A DNA stretch of 20,106 nt from Polyangiales bacterium (GCA_045106895.1 JBGCFM010000211.1:1-20106); one strand, 5' to 3'. Counted from the first letter of the stretch, positions 1 through 8,201 are shown. Notes: generated from the sequence alone by a model not told the origin. Numbers and translations: made by a program.

Positions 1-4
1 GCGC

Positions 5-937
5 TTACGCAGAAGCGGCGTTCAGCGCTGCGCGCTCTTCGTCGCTGAGCTCAGTAAGATGGATGAGCTGCGAAAGCTGCGCGACGTTGCGGGCGCTGGC
101 GATGACCGAAGGCACCGAAGGGTGTGACAAACACCAAGACAGCGCGATGGAGGCGATGCTCGCGCTCTTGTGCTGAGCGATTCGTGCCAGCGTCGCCAGC
201 ACGGCGTCGGCTTGGGGCAGGTCGCCGTAACGCTCGATGCCCACGGAGCGCGGTGAGTCGACGGGACCCGCTTTGTATTTGCCCGTGAGGTACCCGCTCG
301 CCAGCGCCCAATAAGGGAACACGGACAGCGCTGAGTCACGGCAGACACCTTCGAGCTCGCCTTCGAAGGTCCCGCGGCTGAGCAAACTGTACTGAGGTTG
401 AACAGCCACGTAGCGGGGGAGGCTGTTGTCCTTGGAGAAGCGGAGGGCCTCTGCCAAGCGCGGCGCTTCAAAGTTGGATGCGGCGATGGCTCGCACCTTG
501 CCGGCTTCGACCAGTCGTCCGAAGGCACCGAGGGTCTCTTCCATCGGCACGGACGCATCGTCTTCGTGGGCGTAGTAGAGATCGATGTAGTCGGTTTGAA
601 GGCGTCGCAGTGAGTCGTCGCAGGCCGCTTCGATGTTCGCGGCGGAGAGTCCCGGTCGCGACTGCAACTTTGCGACTTTCGTCGCGACGACGATAGAGCT
701 GCGATGGCCGCGCTCTTTCATCCATTTGCCAATGATCGTCTCGGACTCGCCGCCCTCATGGCCTTCGGCCCAGGACGAATACATGTCCGCCGTGTCGATG
801 AAGTTCCCACCCGCGTCGACGTACGCGTCGAGCACCTCGGCGCTGTTCTTTTCATCCGCGGTCCACCCAAAGACGTTGCCGCCTAAGCAGAGCGATGAGA
901 CCTCAAGATCGGTGTGAGCGAGCGCTGTGCGCTTCAC
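5..937 (-). CDS. Aldo/keto reductase (NADPH-dependent oxidoreductase)
   Basis: AKR motifs SSLCLGGNVFG, GGNFIDTADMY (catalytic D/Y), VATKV (K), SLRRLQTDYIDLYYAH (H), GKVRAIAASN, QPQYSLL. The GTG start overlaps the dnaJ stop (GTGA, 934-937). Confidence 0.93.
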   Translation of the reverse strand: MKRTALAHTDLEVSSLCLGGNVFGWTADEKNSAEVLDAYVDAGGNFIDTADMYSSWAEGHEGGESETIIGKWMKERGHRSSIVVATKVAKLQSRPGLSAANIEAACDDSLRRLQTDYIDLYYAHEDDASVPMEETLGAFGRLVEAGKVRAIAASNFEAPRLAEALRFSKDNSLPRYVAVQPQYSLLSRGTFEGELEGVCRDSALSVFPYWALASGYLTGKYKAGPVDSPRSVGIERYGDLPQADAVLATLARIAQHKSASIASIALSWCLSHPSVPSVIASARNVAQLSQLIHLTELSDEERAALNAASA

Positions 938-2013
938 GCAGAGAGCTCCTCGCGAAGTTGCTCAATGAGCTCTCGAGCTTTCGGCGAGGGCTGCTTTGGG
1001 ATGTCGATGTTGATGACGCAGATGAGGTTGCCGGTGCCGGCCGCGTGAACCCGCGGCATCCCTGCGTTGCGCACCACGATGGTCTCGTTGGGCTGGATGC
1101 CAGCTGGCACACTGACCGTCGTTCCTTCAGCGCCTTCCACCACGCTCGGTACGGTGAGTGTCGCCCCAAGCACGGCCTGGGCGTAGTTGAGCTTCAGCTC
1201 GAAAAGAAGATCGGCGCCATCTCGGCCCCACCCCTGCTGCGGCTCCACGCGAATGATGATGTAGAGGTCACCCGCCGGCCCGCCGCGTGTGCCCGCTTGG
1301 CCCTTGCCACGCATCTTGAGCTCGGCGCCTTCGTCGACGCCTGCAGGAATCGGGACTCGGATCTTGCGGTCTTTGACGACCTCGCCACCGCCGCGGCACT
1401 CTCCGCACGCCTCCGCGGCGCGGCTGCCTTGGCCTTGGCAAGTAGGGCAAGGCACCTGCATCAAGAACCCTGGCCGGCGCTGGGCGACGCGACCCATGCC
1501 TGCGCACGTGGTGCACTTCTCGACCTTGCCGCCCTTGGCACCGGTTCCTTCGCAGGTGTCGCAGGGCGACGCGTGACGTAGTTCGATCTCACGTTCGACG
1601 CCGGTCATGCACTCGGCGAGGGAGAGCGTGACGGAGGTTCGGACGTGTCCACCTCGCTGAGGTCCGTCGCGGCGTTGCTGCCTGCCGCCGAAGCCGAAGC
1701 CTCCACCGAATCCGCCGCCGCCGAAGACGCTCTCAAAGAAGTCCTGAACGGACGTCGCCATGTCGGGCCCGCCAAAGCCGCCCTGATTCTCGAGTCCGGC
1801 GTGTCCATAGCGGTCGTAGAGCGAGCGCTTTTCGGCGTCGTTGAGGACCGCGTAGGCCTCCGCGCATTCTTTGAAACGTGCTTCCGCCGCTGCATCCCCG
1901 GGGTTGCGGTCCGGATGGAACTGCATAGCGAGGGCGCGGTAGGCCTTTTTCAGGTCCCGTGTCGCGACGTCTTTTTGAACACCGAGTACTTCGTAAAAAT
2001 CGCGTTTAGCCAT
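934..2013 (-). CDS. dnaJ: Class A J-domain co-chaperone DnaJ
   Basis: MAKRDFYEVLGV J-domain with HPD, G/F-rich linker, four CxxCxGxG repeats (CDTCEGTG, CTTCAGMG, CPTCQGQG, CGECRGGG) and GGPAGDLY C-terminal domain. Start moved to ATG 2013, with AGGA upstream; the extension to 2175 has no DnaJ features. Confidence 0.95.
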   Translation of the reverse strand: MAKRDFYEVLGVQKDVATRDLKKAYRALAMQFHPDRNPGDAAAEARFKECAEAYAVLNDAEKRSLYDRYGHAGLENQGGFGGPDMATSVQDFFESVFGGGGFGGGFGFGGRQQRRDGPQRGGHVRTSVTLSLAECMTGVEREIELRHASPCDTCEGTGAKGGKVEKCTTCAGMGRVAQRRPGFLMQVPCPTCQGQGSRAAEACGECRGGGEVVKDRKIRVPIPAGVDEGAELKMRGKGQAGTRGGPAGDLYIIIRVEPQQGWGRDGADLLFELKLNYAQAVLGATLTVPSVVEGAEGTTVSVPAGIQPNETIVVRNAGMPRVHAAGTGNLICVINIDIPKQPSPKARELIEQLREELSA

Positions 2014-2041
2014 CGATGAACGTTCCTGCAGAGATTCGCGG

Positions 2042-2069
2042 AACCTAAGCACCCTTGGCGCAGGGTCAA
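2042..2069 (-). promoter_or_regulatory. Putative sigma70-type promoter of dnaJ
   Basis: Minus strand TTGACC-N16-TAGGTT, with the -10 ending 28 nt upstream of ATG 2013. Confidence 0.5.
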
Positions 2070-2084
2070 GGTGCGGACGAAAAG

Positions 2085-2109
2085 GGACAAAAACCCCTAC
2101 GTTTTGTCC
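2085..2109. promoter_or_regulatory. Perfect 8-bp inverted repeat with 9-nt spacer; candidate operator
   Basis: GGACAAAA-acccctacg-TTTTGTCC in the divergent dnaJ/GT2 region. A related half-site, GGACGAAAA, lies at 2075-2083. Confidence 0.4.
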
Positions 2110-2218
2110 AAACTCTGTGAAGTTCGCGGAGTTGCGACATTTCCTTACAAGTCGATGACAATTGATTCGATGCATCGAGGGGAGCCGGGGATCAGGTTGG
2201 CCGCCGAGGAGTCCTCAC

Positions 2219-3667
2219 TTGGATACAGTTATCATCGTTCTTTACTTCATCGCCCTTTCGATTCTCGGAATCTACGGCGCCCACCGCGGCACTCTGCTGA
2301 TGCTCTACTTAAAGCACCGCAAGAACGCCCCCACGCCGAAGTCCATCTTCGACGACGCGGATTTGCCCTCGCTGACGATTCAGCTCCCGATGTTCAATGA
2401 GATGTACGTCGTGGACCGACTCCTCGATGGCATCGCGACCATCGACTACCCACGTGATCGCCTTGAGATCCAGGTTCTCGACGACTCCACAGATGAGACG
2501 GTGCAGATCGCTCGCGCCAAGGTCGACGAACTTTGCGAGCTTGGTTTTGACGCCGTCTACATTCACCGAACGGACCGCACCGGTTTTAAGGCCGGCGCCC
2601 TCGAAGAAGGCCTCAAGGTCGCCAAGGGCGACCTCATCATGGTCTTCGACGCCGACTTCGTCCCCGAGCACGACATCGTCCGCAAGCTCGTCCACCACTT
2701 CACCGACGACAACGTTGGAATGGTCCAGGCGCGCTGGGGCCACATCAACAAGAACTACTCCCGTCTCACGCAGATTCAGTCGATGATGCTCGATGGTCAC
2801 TTCGTGATCGAACACATCGCCCGCAACCGCTCGGGTCGTTTCTTCAACTTCAACGGCACCGCCGGCATCTGGCGCAAAGAGACCATCATCGACGCCGGCG
2901 GATGGCAGCATGACACCGTCACCGAAGACATGGACCTTTCGTTCCGCGCTCAAATGAAGGGCTGGCGCTTCGTCTACGTTCCTGAGGCCATCGCCCCCGC
3001 TGAGCTTCCTTGCGAGATGAACAGCTTCAAGACGCAGCAGTTCCGCTGGGCCAAGGGCTCCGCGCAGACCACCAAGAAGCTCCTCTGGACCGTTCTGAAG
3101 GCCAAGATTCCCTTCAAAGCCAAGCTCGAAGTCGTCTTTCACCTGACCAACAACTTCGCCTACCTCTTCTTGGTCGTGCTCGCGGCGCTTCAGCTGCCCA
3201 ACATGATCTTGCGCGACGGGATGGACCACCCTTGGTTGCTCCTCCTCGACGTGCCTCTCTTCGCGTCCACATGTCTCAGCATCTGCGTGTTCTACCTCGT
3301 CACTCACGCTGCCCTCTACGGCGGCATCTGGACGGCCGTGAAGCGCCTGCCTCTCATGATGGCGCTCGGTATCGGGCTCAGCATCAACAACGCTCGCGCG
3401 GTCATCGAAGGCCTCTTCGGCAAGGACCTCGAGTTCGTGCGTACGCCTAAGCATAACGTTCAGGCCAGCGCCGACACGTGGAAGAAGAAGAAGTACCACG
3501 CGCGCTTCCCGATCCACTCCATCCTTGAGGTCGCCTTTGGACTCTACTTCGTCGCGACCATCGCGATGGCCGTGGTCACCGGAAGCTGGATCAACATCCC
3601 CTTCCTCGTGCTCTTCATGGTGGGCTTCCTGTACGTGGGTACGCTCTCCCTCTACCAGTCCCGCTGA
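2219..3667 (+). CDS. Membrane-integrated processive family 2 glycosyltransferase (cellulose-synthase-like, CslA/CslC type)
   Basis: D,D,D,QxxRW signature: IQVLDDSTD, FKAGAL, FDADF, TEDMDL, QQFRW. One N-terminal and several C-terminal hydrophobic helices. TTG start at 2219 with SD GAGGAG at 2206-2211. Confidence 0.92.
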   Translation: MDTVIIVLYFIALSILGIYGAHRGTLLMLYLKHRKNAPTPKSIFDDADLPSLTIQLPMFNEMYVVDRLLDGIATIDYPRDRLEIQVLDDSTDETVQIARAKVDELCELGFDAVYIHRTDRTGFKAGALEEGLKVAKGDLIMVFDADFVPEHDIVRKLVHHFTDDNVGMVQARWGHINKNYSRLTQIQSMMLDGHFVIEHIARNRSGRFFNFNGTAGIWRKETIIDAGGWQHDTVTEDMDLSFRAQMKGWRFVYVPEAIAPAELPCEMNSFKTQQFRWAKGSAQTTKKLLWTVLKAKIPFKAKLEVVFHLTNNFAYLFLVVLAALQLPNMILRDGMDHPWLLLLDVPLFASTCLSICVFYLVTHAALYGGIWTAVKRLPLMMALGIGLSINNARAVIEGLFGKDLEFVRTPKHNVQASADTWKKKKYHARFPIHSILEVAFGLYFVATIAMAVVTGSWINIPFLVLFMVGFLYVGTLSLYQSR

Positions 3668-3838
3668 TTCTCCGCCCAGCACGCCGTGCTCAGCGTCACT
3701 CGGCGCCTCGCCATCCATAGATGTGCTCGGCGCCGGTTCCTTGATCACGACGCGCTGGACAAAGAATCCCGCGAGCTCCCCGCCTGCGCTTTCCCGCCCT
3801 GCACGCCGTGCTGATCACGACGCGCAGGACGAGAAATC
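3668..3838. repeat. Intergenic imperfect direct repeats arranged A-insert-B...A-B
   Basis: Unit A at 3668-3690 and 3790-3812 (20/23 identical, core palindrome GCACG-C-CGTGC). Unit B, TGATCACGACGCGCwGGACrArrAATC, at 3742-3768 and 3812-3838. Confidence 0.75.
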
Positions 3839-3859
3839 GCCTGGGTGGAACTTGGATTT

Positions 3860-3897
3860 GAAGACAGCCAGGAGCTTGCTCTTGGCTGTTTTCGTTT
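3860..3897 (+). terminator. Rho-independent terminator
   Basis: GAAGACAGCCAGGAG-CTTG-CTCTTGGCTGTTTTC: 15-bp stem with two G.U pairs that form only in + strand RNA, a G(CUUG)C tetraloop, and a T-rich 3' end (TTTTCGTTT). Confidence 0.75.
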
Positions 3898-3925
3898 AAG
3901 GTCACGTCACTTAGGTCCGCCATCG

Positions 3926-3934
3926 TGGTACTTT
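3926..3934 (+). promoter_or_regulatory. Extended -10 element for a leaderless transcript
   Basis: TG-G-TACTTT ending 6 nt before ATG 3941; no clear SD. Confidence 0.55.
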
Positions 3935-3940
3935 GGCGAG

Positions 3941-5251
3941 ATGCTCCGCATCGACAGAGCACTCCTCGGGTGCGTTTGGGTTCTGGCCGCGATGGGCTGC
4001 GACTCCGGGTCCTCCTCGCTGTCCATCGATCTGAGGACCGACTTTGTCGCGCAGGTCGAGTTCGACACGGTCCGCGTCGTTTTGGGTGATACACGCCAAG
4101 ACACGAGCGTGGCTGCCGATACGTCCTGGCTCGATGCCGTCCGCGTCGCTCGCTTCGAAGACCTCGCAGTCGGCACACAGTCCCTTGAGTTGCAGCTTCT
4201 TCGAGACGGAGAGGTTCTGATTCGTCGCCCCACGACCGCTCAGATCCGCGCTGGAATTAGCGTTGTCACGATCGTGGTCACGCGTTCATGTTTGAGTGTC
4301 CGATGTCCCGGCGCGGACCCCGCGCAGACCGCGTGCTTTGGTGGACAATGCGTCGATCCTGGCTGCAGCCCTGAAAACCCTGAGCTCTGCGCGGAGCCAG
4401 AGTGCGACGTCGCAAACGGCTGCGCGACCATGGCCGACTGCGCGGAGGCCCGCTGCATCTCCGGCGTGTGCGCCTACGCCGCCCAGCTCGGCGCGTGTGA
4501 CGATGGCTTTTCCTGCATTCCAGAGGAAGGCTGTCGAGTGGACGAGCCGCCGCGGCCCGACGCGAGCATGCCCGACGCGAGCGCGCCCGACGCGAGCGCG
4601 CCCGACGCGGGACCTGTGCTGTGCGAGAGTCCACCTTGCTTGCTCCTGCACTACGATTTTGAAGGCGCCGTGGCGGGACCCCTCGTCGATGAGTCAGGCA
4701 ACGGAAACAACGCCACGCTCAGCGGCGAAACCGCGACGCGGGTGGAGGGGCCCGTGGGCCAGGCCTGGCAGTTCGACGAAAACGTCGACGAGTATCTGTC
4801 TCCCTTCGAGGTCCCCGCTGGTGCGGCCTTTTCCCTCGCTTTTTGGGTTCGTGTCGACCAAGTGCCAGATGAGTGCTGCATGCAGCATTTGATCAAGTTG
4901 GAGGACGCAGACGGTGCGACGCTGGTGTTGTCAGCCGCTTCTCTCTCCGGCAGGTTCATCACCCAGTTCCACGACGGATCGGGAGGTTCGCGTCACATTT
5001 CAACGTTCGAGCAGACGAGTGAGTGGCACCACCACATCTACGAGGTCGGTGAGGGTGGACGCTTCCTCGCTCACTACCTTGATGGAGTCGAGGAAAGTCG
5101 GTCCGATTGGGATGCGCTACCGCGCGCGGTGGCTCGGATCGGAATCGGCCGAACTGGACCTGGCAGCGTCGCGGCCATCGACGAAGTCCGCTTCTACACG
5201 GGCGCGCTGAGCGAAGCCGAGATCATGACGCTGTCCACTCCGGTCCCTTAG
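3941..5251 (+). CDS. Putative lipoprotein: beta-rich N-domain, Cys-rich region, PDAS linker and C-terminal LamG/concanavalin A-like domain
   Basis: Signal with lipobox-like LAAMG-C; 14 Cys in about 80 aa; LamG-type motifs LLLHYDFE, VDESGNGNNATL, FSLAFWVR, EWHHH, YLDG, IDEVRFYTGALS. Start moved from 3845 to ATG 3941. Confidence 0.82.
   Translation: MLRIDRALLGCVWVLAAMGCDSGSSSLSIDLRTDFVAQVEFDTVRVVLGDTRQDTSVAADTSWLDAVRVARFEDLAVGTQSLELQLLRDGEVLIRRPTTAQIRAGISVVTIVVTRSCLSVRCPGADPAQTACFGGQCVDPGCSPENPELCAEPECDVANGCATMADCAEARCISGVCAYAAQLGACDDGFSCIPEEGCRVDEPPRPDASMPDASAPDASAPDAGPVLCESPPCLLLHYDFEGAVAGPLVDESGNGNNATLSGETATRVEGPVGQAWQFDENVDEYLSPFEVPAGAAFSLAFWVRVDQVPDECCMQHLIKLEDADGATLVLSAASLSGRFITQFHDGSGGSRHISTFEQTSEWHHHIYEVGEGGRFLAHYLDGVEESRSDWDALPRAVARIGIGRTGPGSVAAIDEVRFYTGALSEAEIMTLSTPVP
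4556..4609 (+). repeat. 15-bp coding tandem repeat (PDASM-PDASA-PDASA-PDA)
   Basis: CCCGACGCGAGC-ATG/GCG/GCG at 4556, 4571 and 4586, plus a partial copy at 4601. Confidence 0.9.
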
Positions 5252-5295
5252 GACTCTTTGCGGAGGGCGAGGGATGAAAAGCGTGGGTGGCCTCG

Positions 5296-5301
5296 TATAG
5301 T
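5296..5301 (+). promoter_or_regulatory. -10 element for a leaderless transcript
   Basis: TATAGT ending 5 nt before ATG 5307; ATGAAA lies 16 nt upstream as a weak -35. Confidence 0.55.
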
Positions 5302-5306
5302 AGGCC

Positions 5307-6149
5307 ATGGCGATTCAGATCCTATGCGGCTGCGGCACCAACCTGAGCTTTGATGAGGCGCAGATCGGCCAGAGTGGGCCTTGCTACAACTGCGGACAAA
5401 CGATCTTCGTGACGGCGCCGCCGAGCCCCGTGGCCGTCGCCGCTGCGGCGATGAGTGCGCCCGCGGCGCCTGTGACCATTCCAGAAGTGGCGCCGGGCAG
5501 CGCCCAGACGAAGTTCTTGAAGAAGCTTGGAAAGGAAGCCGCGAAGACAGGCCACCAAGTCGACGGTGCGAGGGTGCTTCAGCTTCGCGAGCCCGTCGGA
5601 TTCGCCGAGGCGATGAAGTATAAGCTGACGTCGAAGATCCCCATCGACCGCATCATGGGCGTCTTCGTTCGTGGTCCGAGCGGCCCATTCATACTCTCCG
5701 TGCCCTTCAGCGGCTCGCTCGTGATGGCCCACGAGTTTGCTTCGCGGATACCGGGTACGTTGCCCGCAAACCTCTACCTTACGCGCGGACTCATGGGGGC
5801 CTGGAGCAACGGGCGCTTCTCGGCGAACAGCGATGAAGAGCATCCCCTGGCGCGCGCCGCCGAAAGCAAAGGCGACCTCGGCGAGCTCATCGAATGGAAC
5901 TGGGAGAACGGCAAGTCCATCGTGAAGCTCGGCTGGGGCCTGCAAGCGGTTCCCGCCTCGCCGAACGACACCCTCCACGTCATGCAGACGGCGGTTCAGG
6001 GCATCGTCTTCAAAGACATCGGCCTGGCTTGGTACGAGAAGCGTCGCGCGGCATTCGTGGAGTTCCAGGCTCAGCATGGAGGCCCGGTTCAAAGCGAGCC
6101 CCGCTGGGACTTCGAGCCCTACTCGCTCCACTTCGCTTCCGCGCTCTAG
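5307..6149 (+). CDS. Hypothetical protein with N-terminal zinc ribbon
   Basis: CGCG...CYNC in the first 30 aa, an Ala/Pro linker, then a ~210-aa domain I do not recognise. GC3-rich codons; fills the gap between flanking genes. Confidence 0.75.
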   Translation: MAIQILCGCGTNLSFDEAQIGQSGPCYNCGQTIFVTAPPSPVAVAAAAMSAPAAPVTIPEVAPGSAQTKFLKKLGKEAAKTGHQVDGARVLQLREPVGFAEAMKYKLTSKIPIDRIMGVFVRGPSGPFILSVPFSGSLVMAHEFASRIPGTLPANLYLTRGLMGAWSNGRFSANSDEEHPLARAAESKGDLGELIEWNWENGKSIVKLGWGLQAVPASPNDTLHVMQTAVQGIVFKDIGLAWYEKRRAAFVEFQAQHGGPVQSEPRWDFEPYSLHFASAL

Positions 6150-6164
6150 GGCATTCGAAGACAG

Positions 6165-8195
6165 CTAGCCGCGAAGCATCGCGAGGATCGCTTCCGCCGC
6201 GTTGTTCATCTCGTCGGGAGACATCTGCTTCTTGCCTGCAGGCGTATAGGTCTCCCATGCGTCTCCGGGAAGACCTTCCAGAAAGCGCGTGGGGTAACAG
6301 GGAGAGACCTGCCCGCGTAGCGTGCGTCGTTCCGGCCGCGACAGGTAGAGCAGCTCCTGCGCGCGGGTCACGCCCACGTAAAAGAGACGTCGCTCCTCGT
6401 CGACATCCGTCACCACCGCTTCCGTCACGCTCGGGTCCGTCGTTCGTTTGTGGGGGATCGTGCCTTCGTTGCAGCCGATGAAGAACACAACGCCGAACTC
6501 CAAGCCTTTGCTCGAGTGGAGGGAACTCAAGGTGACCTTGTTGCCGGCGTCTTCTTCTTCTTGCTCCACGCGAAGGGTGATGCGCGTCAAGAACTGGCCC
6601 AGCGTCGGCTTCGAGGCGCGATTGTCTTCAGCGAAGCGCTTCACGGAGCGCATGAGGTAGTCGACGTTCTCGCGCCGTCGTTTCCCGTGGGGCGTGCGGT
6701 CTTCGGTGAGGTTCTTCGTGAACCCGGTCTCGTTCAAGAGACGCTCGGTGACGTCGTAGATATTTGTTCCGGAGCTAAGCGCTGCGCGCGCTCCGTGGAT
6801 GGCATCGACGAAGGTGCGCGCGCCGCGTTTTGCGTTGGGCGGAACGTCGAGAGTTTCGATCTCATCGAGGGCCTGGAAGAGCTTCTTCCCGGTGACGATG
6901 GACCGTGCCCGGACCTTCTTCAGTGTGGTGTCGCCAATACCGCGTGGCGGCGTGTTCACAATGCGTCGAACGCTGAGCTCATCCCGTAGATTGTCGACGA
7001 CTCGCAGGTAGGCGATGGCGTCTTTGACCTCTTTGCGATCGAAGAACTGCGTGCCGCCGAAGAGCCGGTATGGGATGCCCTCGACGCGCAGCTCTTCTTC
7101 GAGAATCCGAGCCTGCATATTGCTTCGGTAGAGGATCGCGATGTCGCCGTAGCGATAGCTAACGTTGCCTGGAGAAGAGTCCCCACCGTTGTTGAGGTCA
7201 CGGATCTCGGACACCAAGAACTCAGCCTCGTGGCCAGCGTCAGGGCAGGTGACGAGGCGAACCTTGGCGCCTTCTCCCTTGAACGATCGGAGCTCTTTTG
7301 CGTGTCGCTTCGCCCGTGACCCGGCGATGACGCCATTGGCGACGTCGAGAATCTGCTTCCGGCTGCGGTAGTTCGTCTCGAGTTTGACCACCGTTGCGCC
7401 GGAGAAGTAGCGCTCGAAGTCGAGGATATTTGTGACGTCGGCGCCGCGCCACGAGTAGATGGACTGGTCGTCATCACCGACAACACAGACATTCTTGGCC
7501 TCCGTCGCGAGCATGCGAACGAGCTCAAGCTGAGAGCGGTTGGTGTCCTGAAACTCGTCGATGAGCAGGTACTCGAACTTGGCCTGCCACTTCGCGCGGA
7601 TGTCCTCGCGGGACTTCAGGATCTTTACCGGCGCGACAACGAGGTCGTCGAAGTCCACGGCGTGCATGGCGGCGAGTCGTTCCTCGTAGAGGGGGTACAC
7701 GTCGCGGGCAACGGCGTCGTATTCGAAGTCGCTCGGCTTGATGTCCGACGGGAGCTTGAATGCGTTCTTCCAAAGCGAGATGCGCGTGAGGATCGCGTTC
7801 ACGTCGATGGAGCGGTCGAGGATATTCTCCTCGCGGAGAATCTCTCGCACGAGCCCAAGGGCGTCGCCTTGGTCGAAGATAACGAACTTGCCATCGTAGC
7901 CGAGGGCGCGATTTTCTTCGCGCAGGAAACGCACGCCCCAGGAGTGAAAGGTCGAGAGCCAGAGCTGGTCGACGACCTTCTGGCCGACGAGCTTCGCCAT
8001 GCGCTCCTTCATCTCAGCGGACGCTTTGTTCGTGAAACTCACCGCCAGGATGCGCTGCGGTTTCACGCCGCGCTCCATCAGCCGCTGGATGCGCATGGTG
8101 ATCACGCGCGTCTTGCCACTACCCGCACCCGCGAGCACCAAGAGCGGACCATGTTGATGGTCAACGGCTGCTTGCTGCTGCGGATTCAGTGACAC
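6165..8195 (-). CDS. Superfamily 1A DNA helicase (UvrD/Rep/PcrA family, Rep-like)
   Basis: LNPQQ, AGAGSGKT (Walker A), FTNKAS, TFHS, LIDEFQDTN (Walker B), VGDDDQSIYSWRGA, LETNYRS, HSSKGLEF, EERRLFYVGVTRA. Confidence 0.95.
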   Translation of the reverse strand: MSLNPQQQAAVDHQHGPLLVLAGAGSGKTRVITMRIQRLMERGVKPQRILAVSFTNKASAEMKERMAKLVGQKVVDQLWLSTFHSWGVRFLREENRALGYDGKFVIFDQGDALGLVREILREENILDRSIDVNAILTRISLWKNAFKLPSDIKPSDFEYDAVARDVYPLYEERLAAMHAVDFDDLVVAPVKILKSREDIRAKWQAKFEYLLIDEFQDTNRSQLELVRMLATEAKNVCVVGDDDQSIYSWRGADVTNILDFERYFSGATVVKLETNYRSRKQILDVANGVIAGSRAKRHAKELRSFKGEGAKVRLVTCPDAGHEAEFLVSEIRDLNNGGDSSPGNVSYRYGDIAILYRSNMQARILEEELRVEGIPYRLFGGTQFFDRKEVKDAIAYLRVVDNLRDELSVRRIVNTPPRGIGDTTLKKVRARSIVTGKKLFQALDEIETLDVPPNAKRGARTFVDAIHGARAALSSGTNIYDVTERLLNETGFTKNLTEDRTPHGKRRRENVDYLMRSVKRFAEDNRASKPTLGQFLTRITLRVEQEEEDAGNKVTLSSLHSSKGLEFGVVFFIGCNEGTIPHKRTTDPSVTEAVVTDVDEERRLFYVGVTRAQELLYLSRPERRTLRGQVSPCYPTRFLEGLPGDAWETYTPAGKKQMSPDEMNNAAEAILAMLRG

Positions 8196-8201
8196 GGAAG
8201 A

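Noticed and set aside
2046..2072. CIRCE (HrcA operator) upstream of dnaJ
   Set aside because: Only one arm resembles the consensus (TAAGCACCC, 7/9); the second arm is absent at the 9-nt spacing.
2014..2218. Overlapping N-terminal extensions of dnaJ (to 2175) and GT2 (from 2162)
   Set aside because: No family features in the extensions; better starts with SD at 2013 and 2219 leave a normal divergent promoter region.
2309..3748. 479-aa antisense ORF over the GT2 gene
   Set aside because: Codon-register shadow of a GC3-biased gene; no recognisable motifs.
3668..3838. Mini CRISPR array
   Set aside because: Only two imperfect copies of each unit, irregular spacing and no cas genes in the window.
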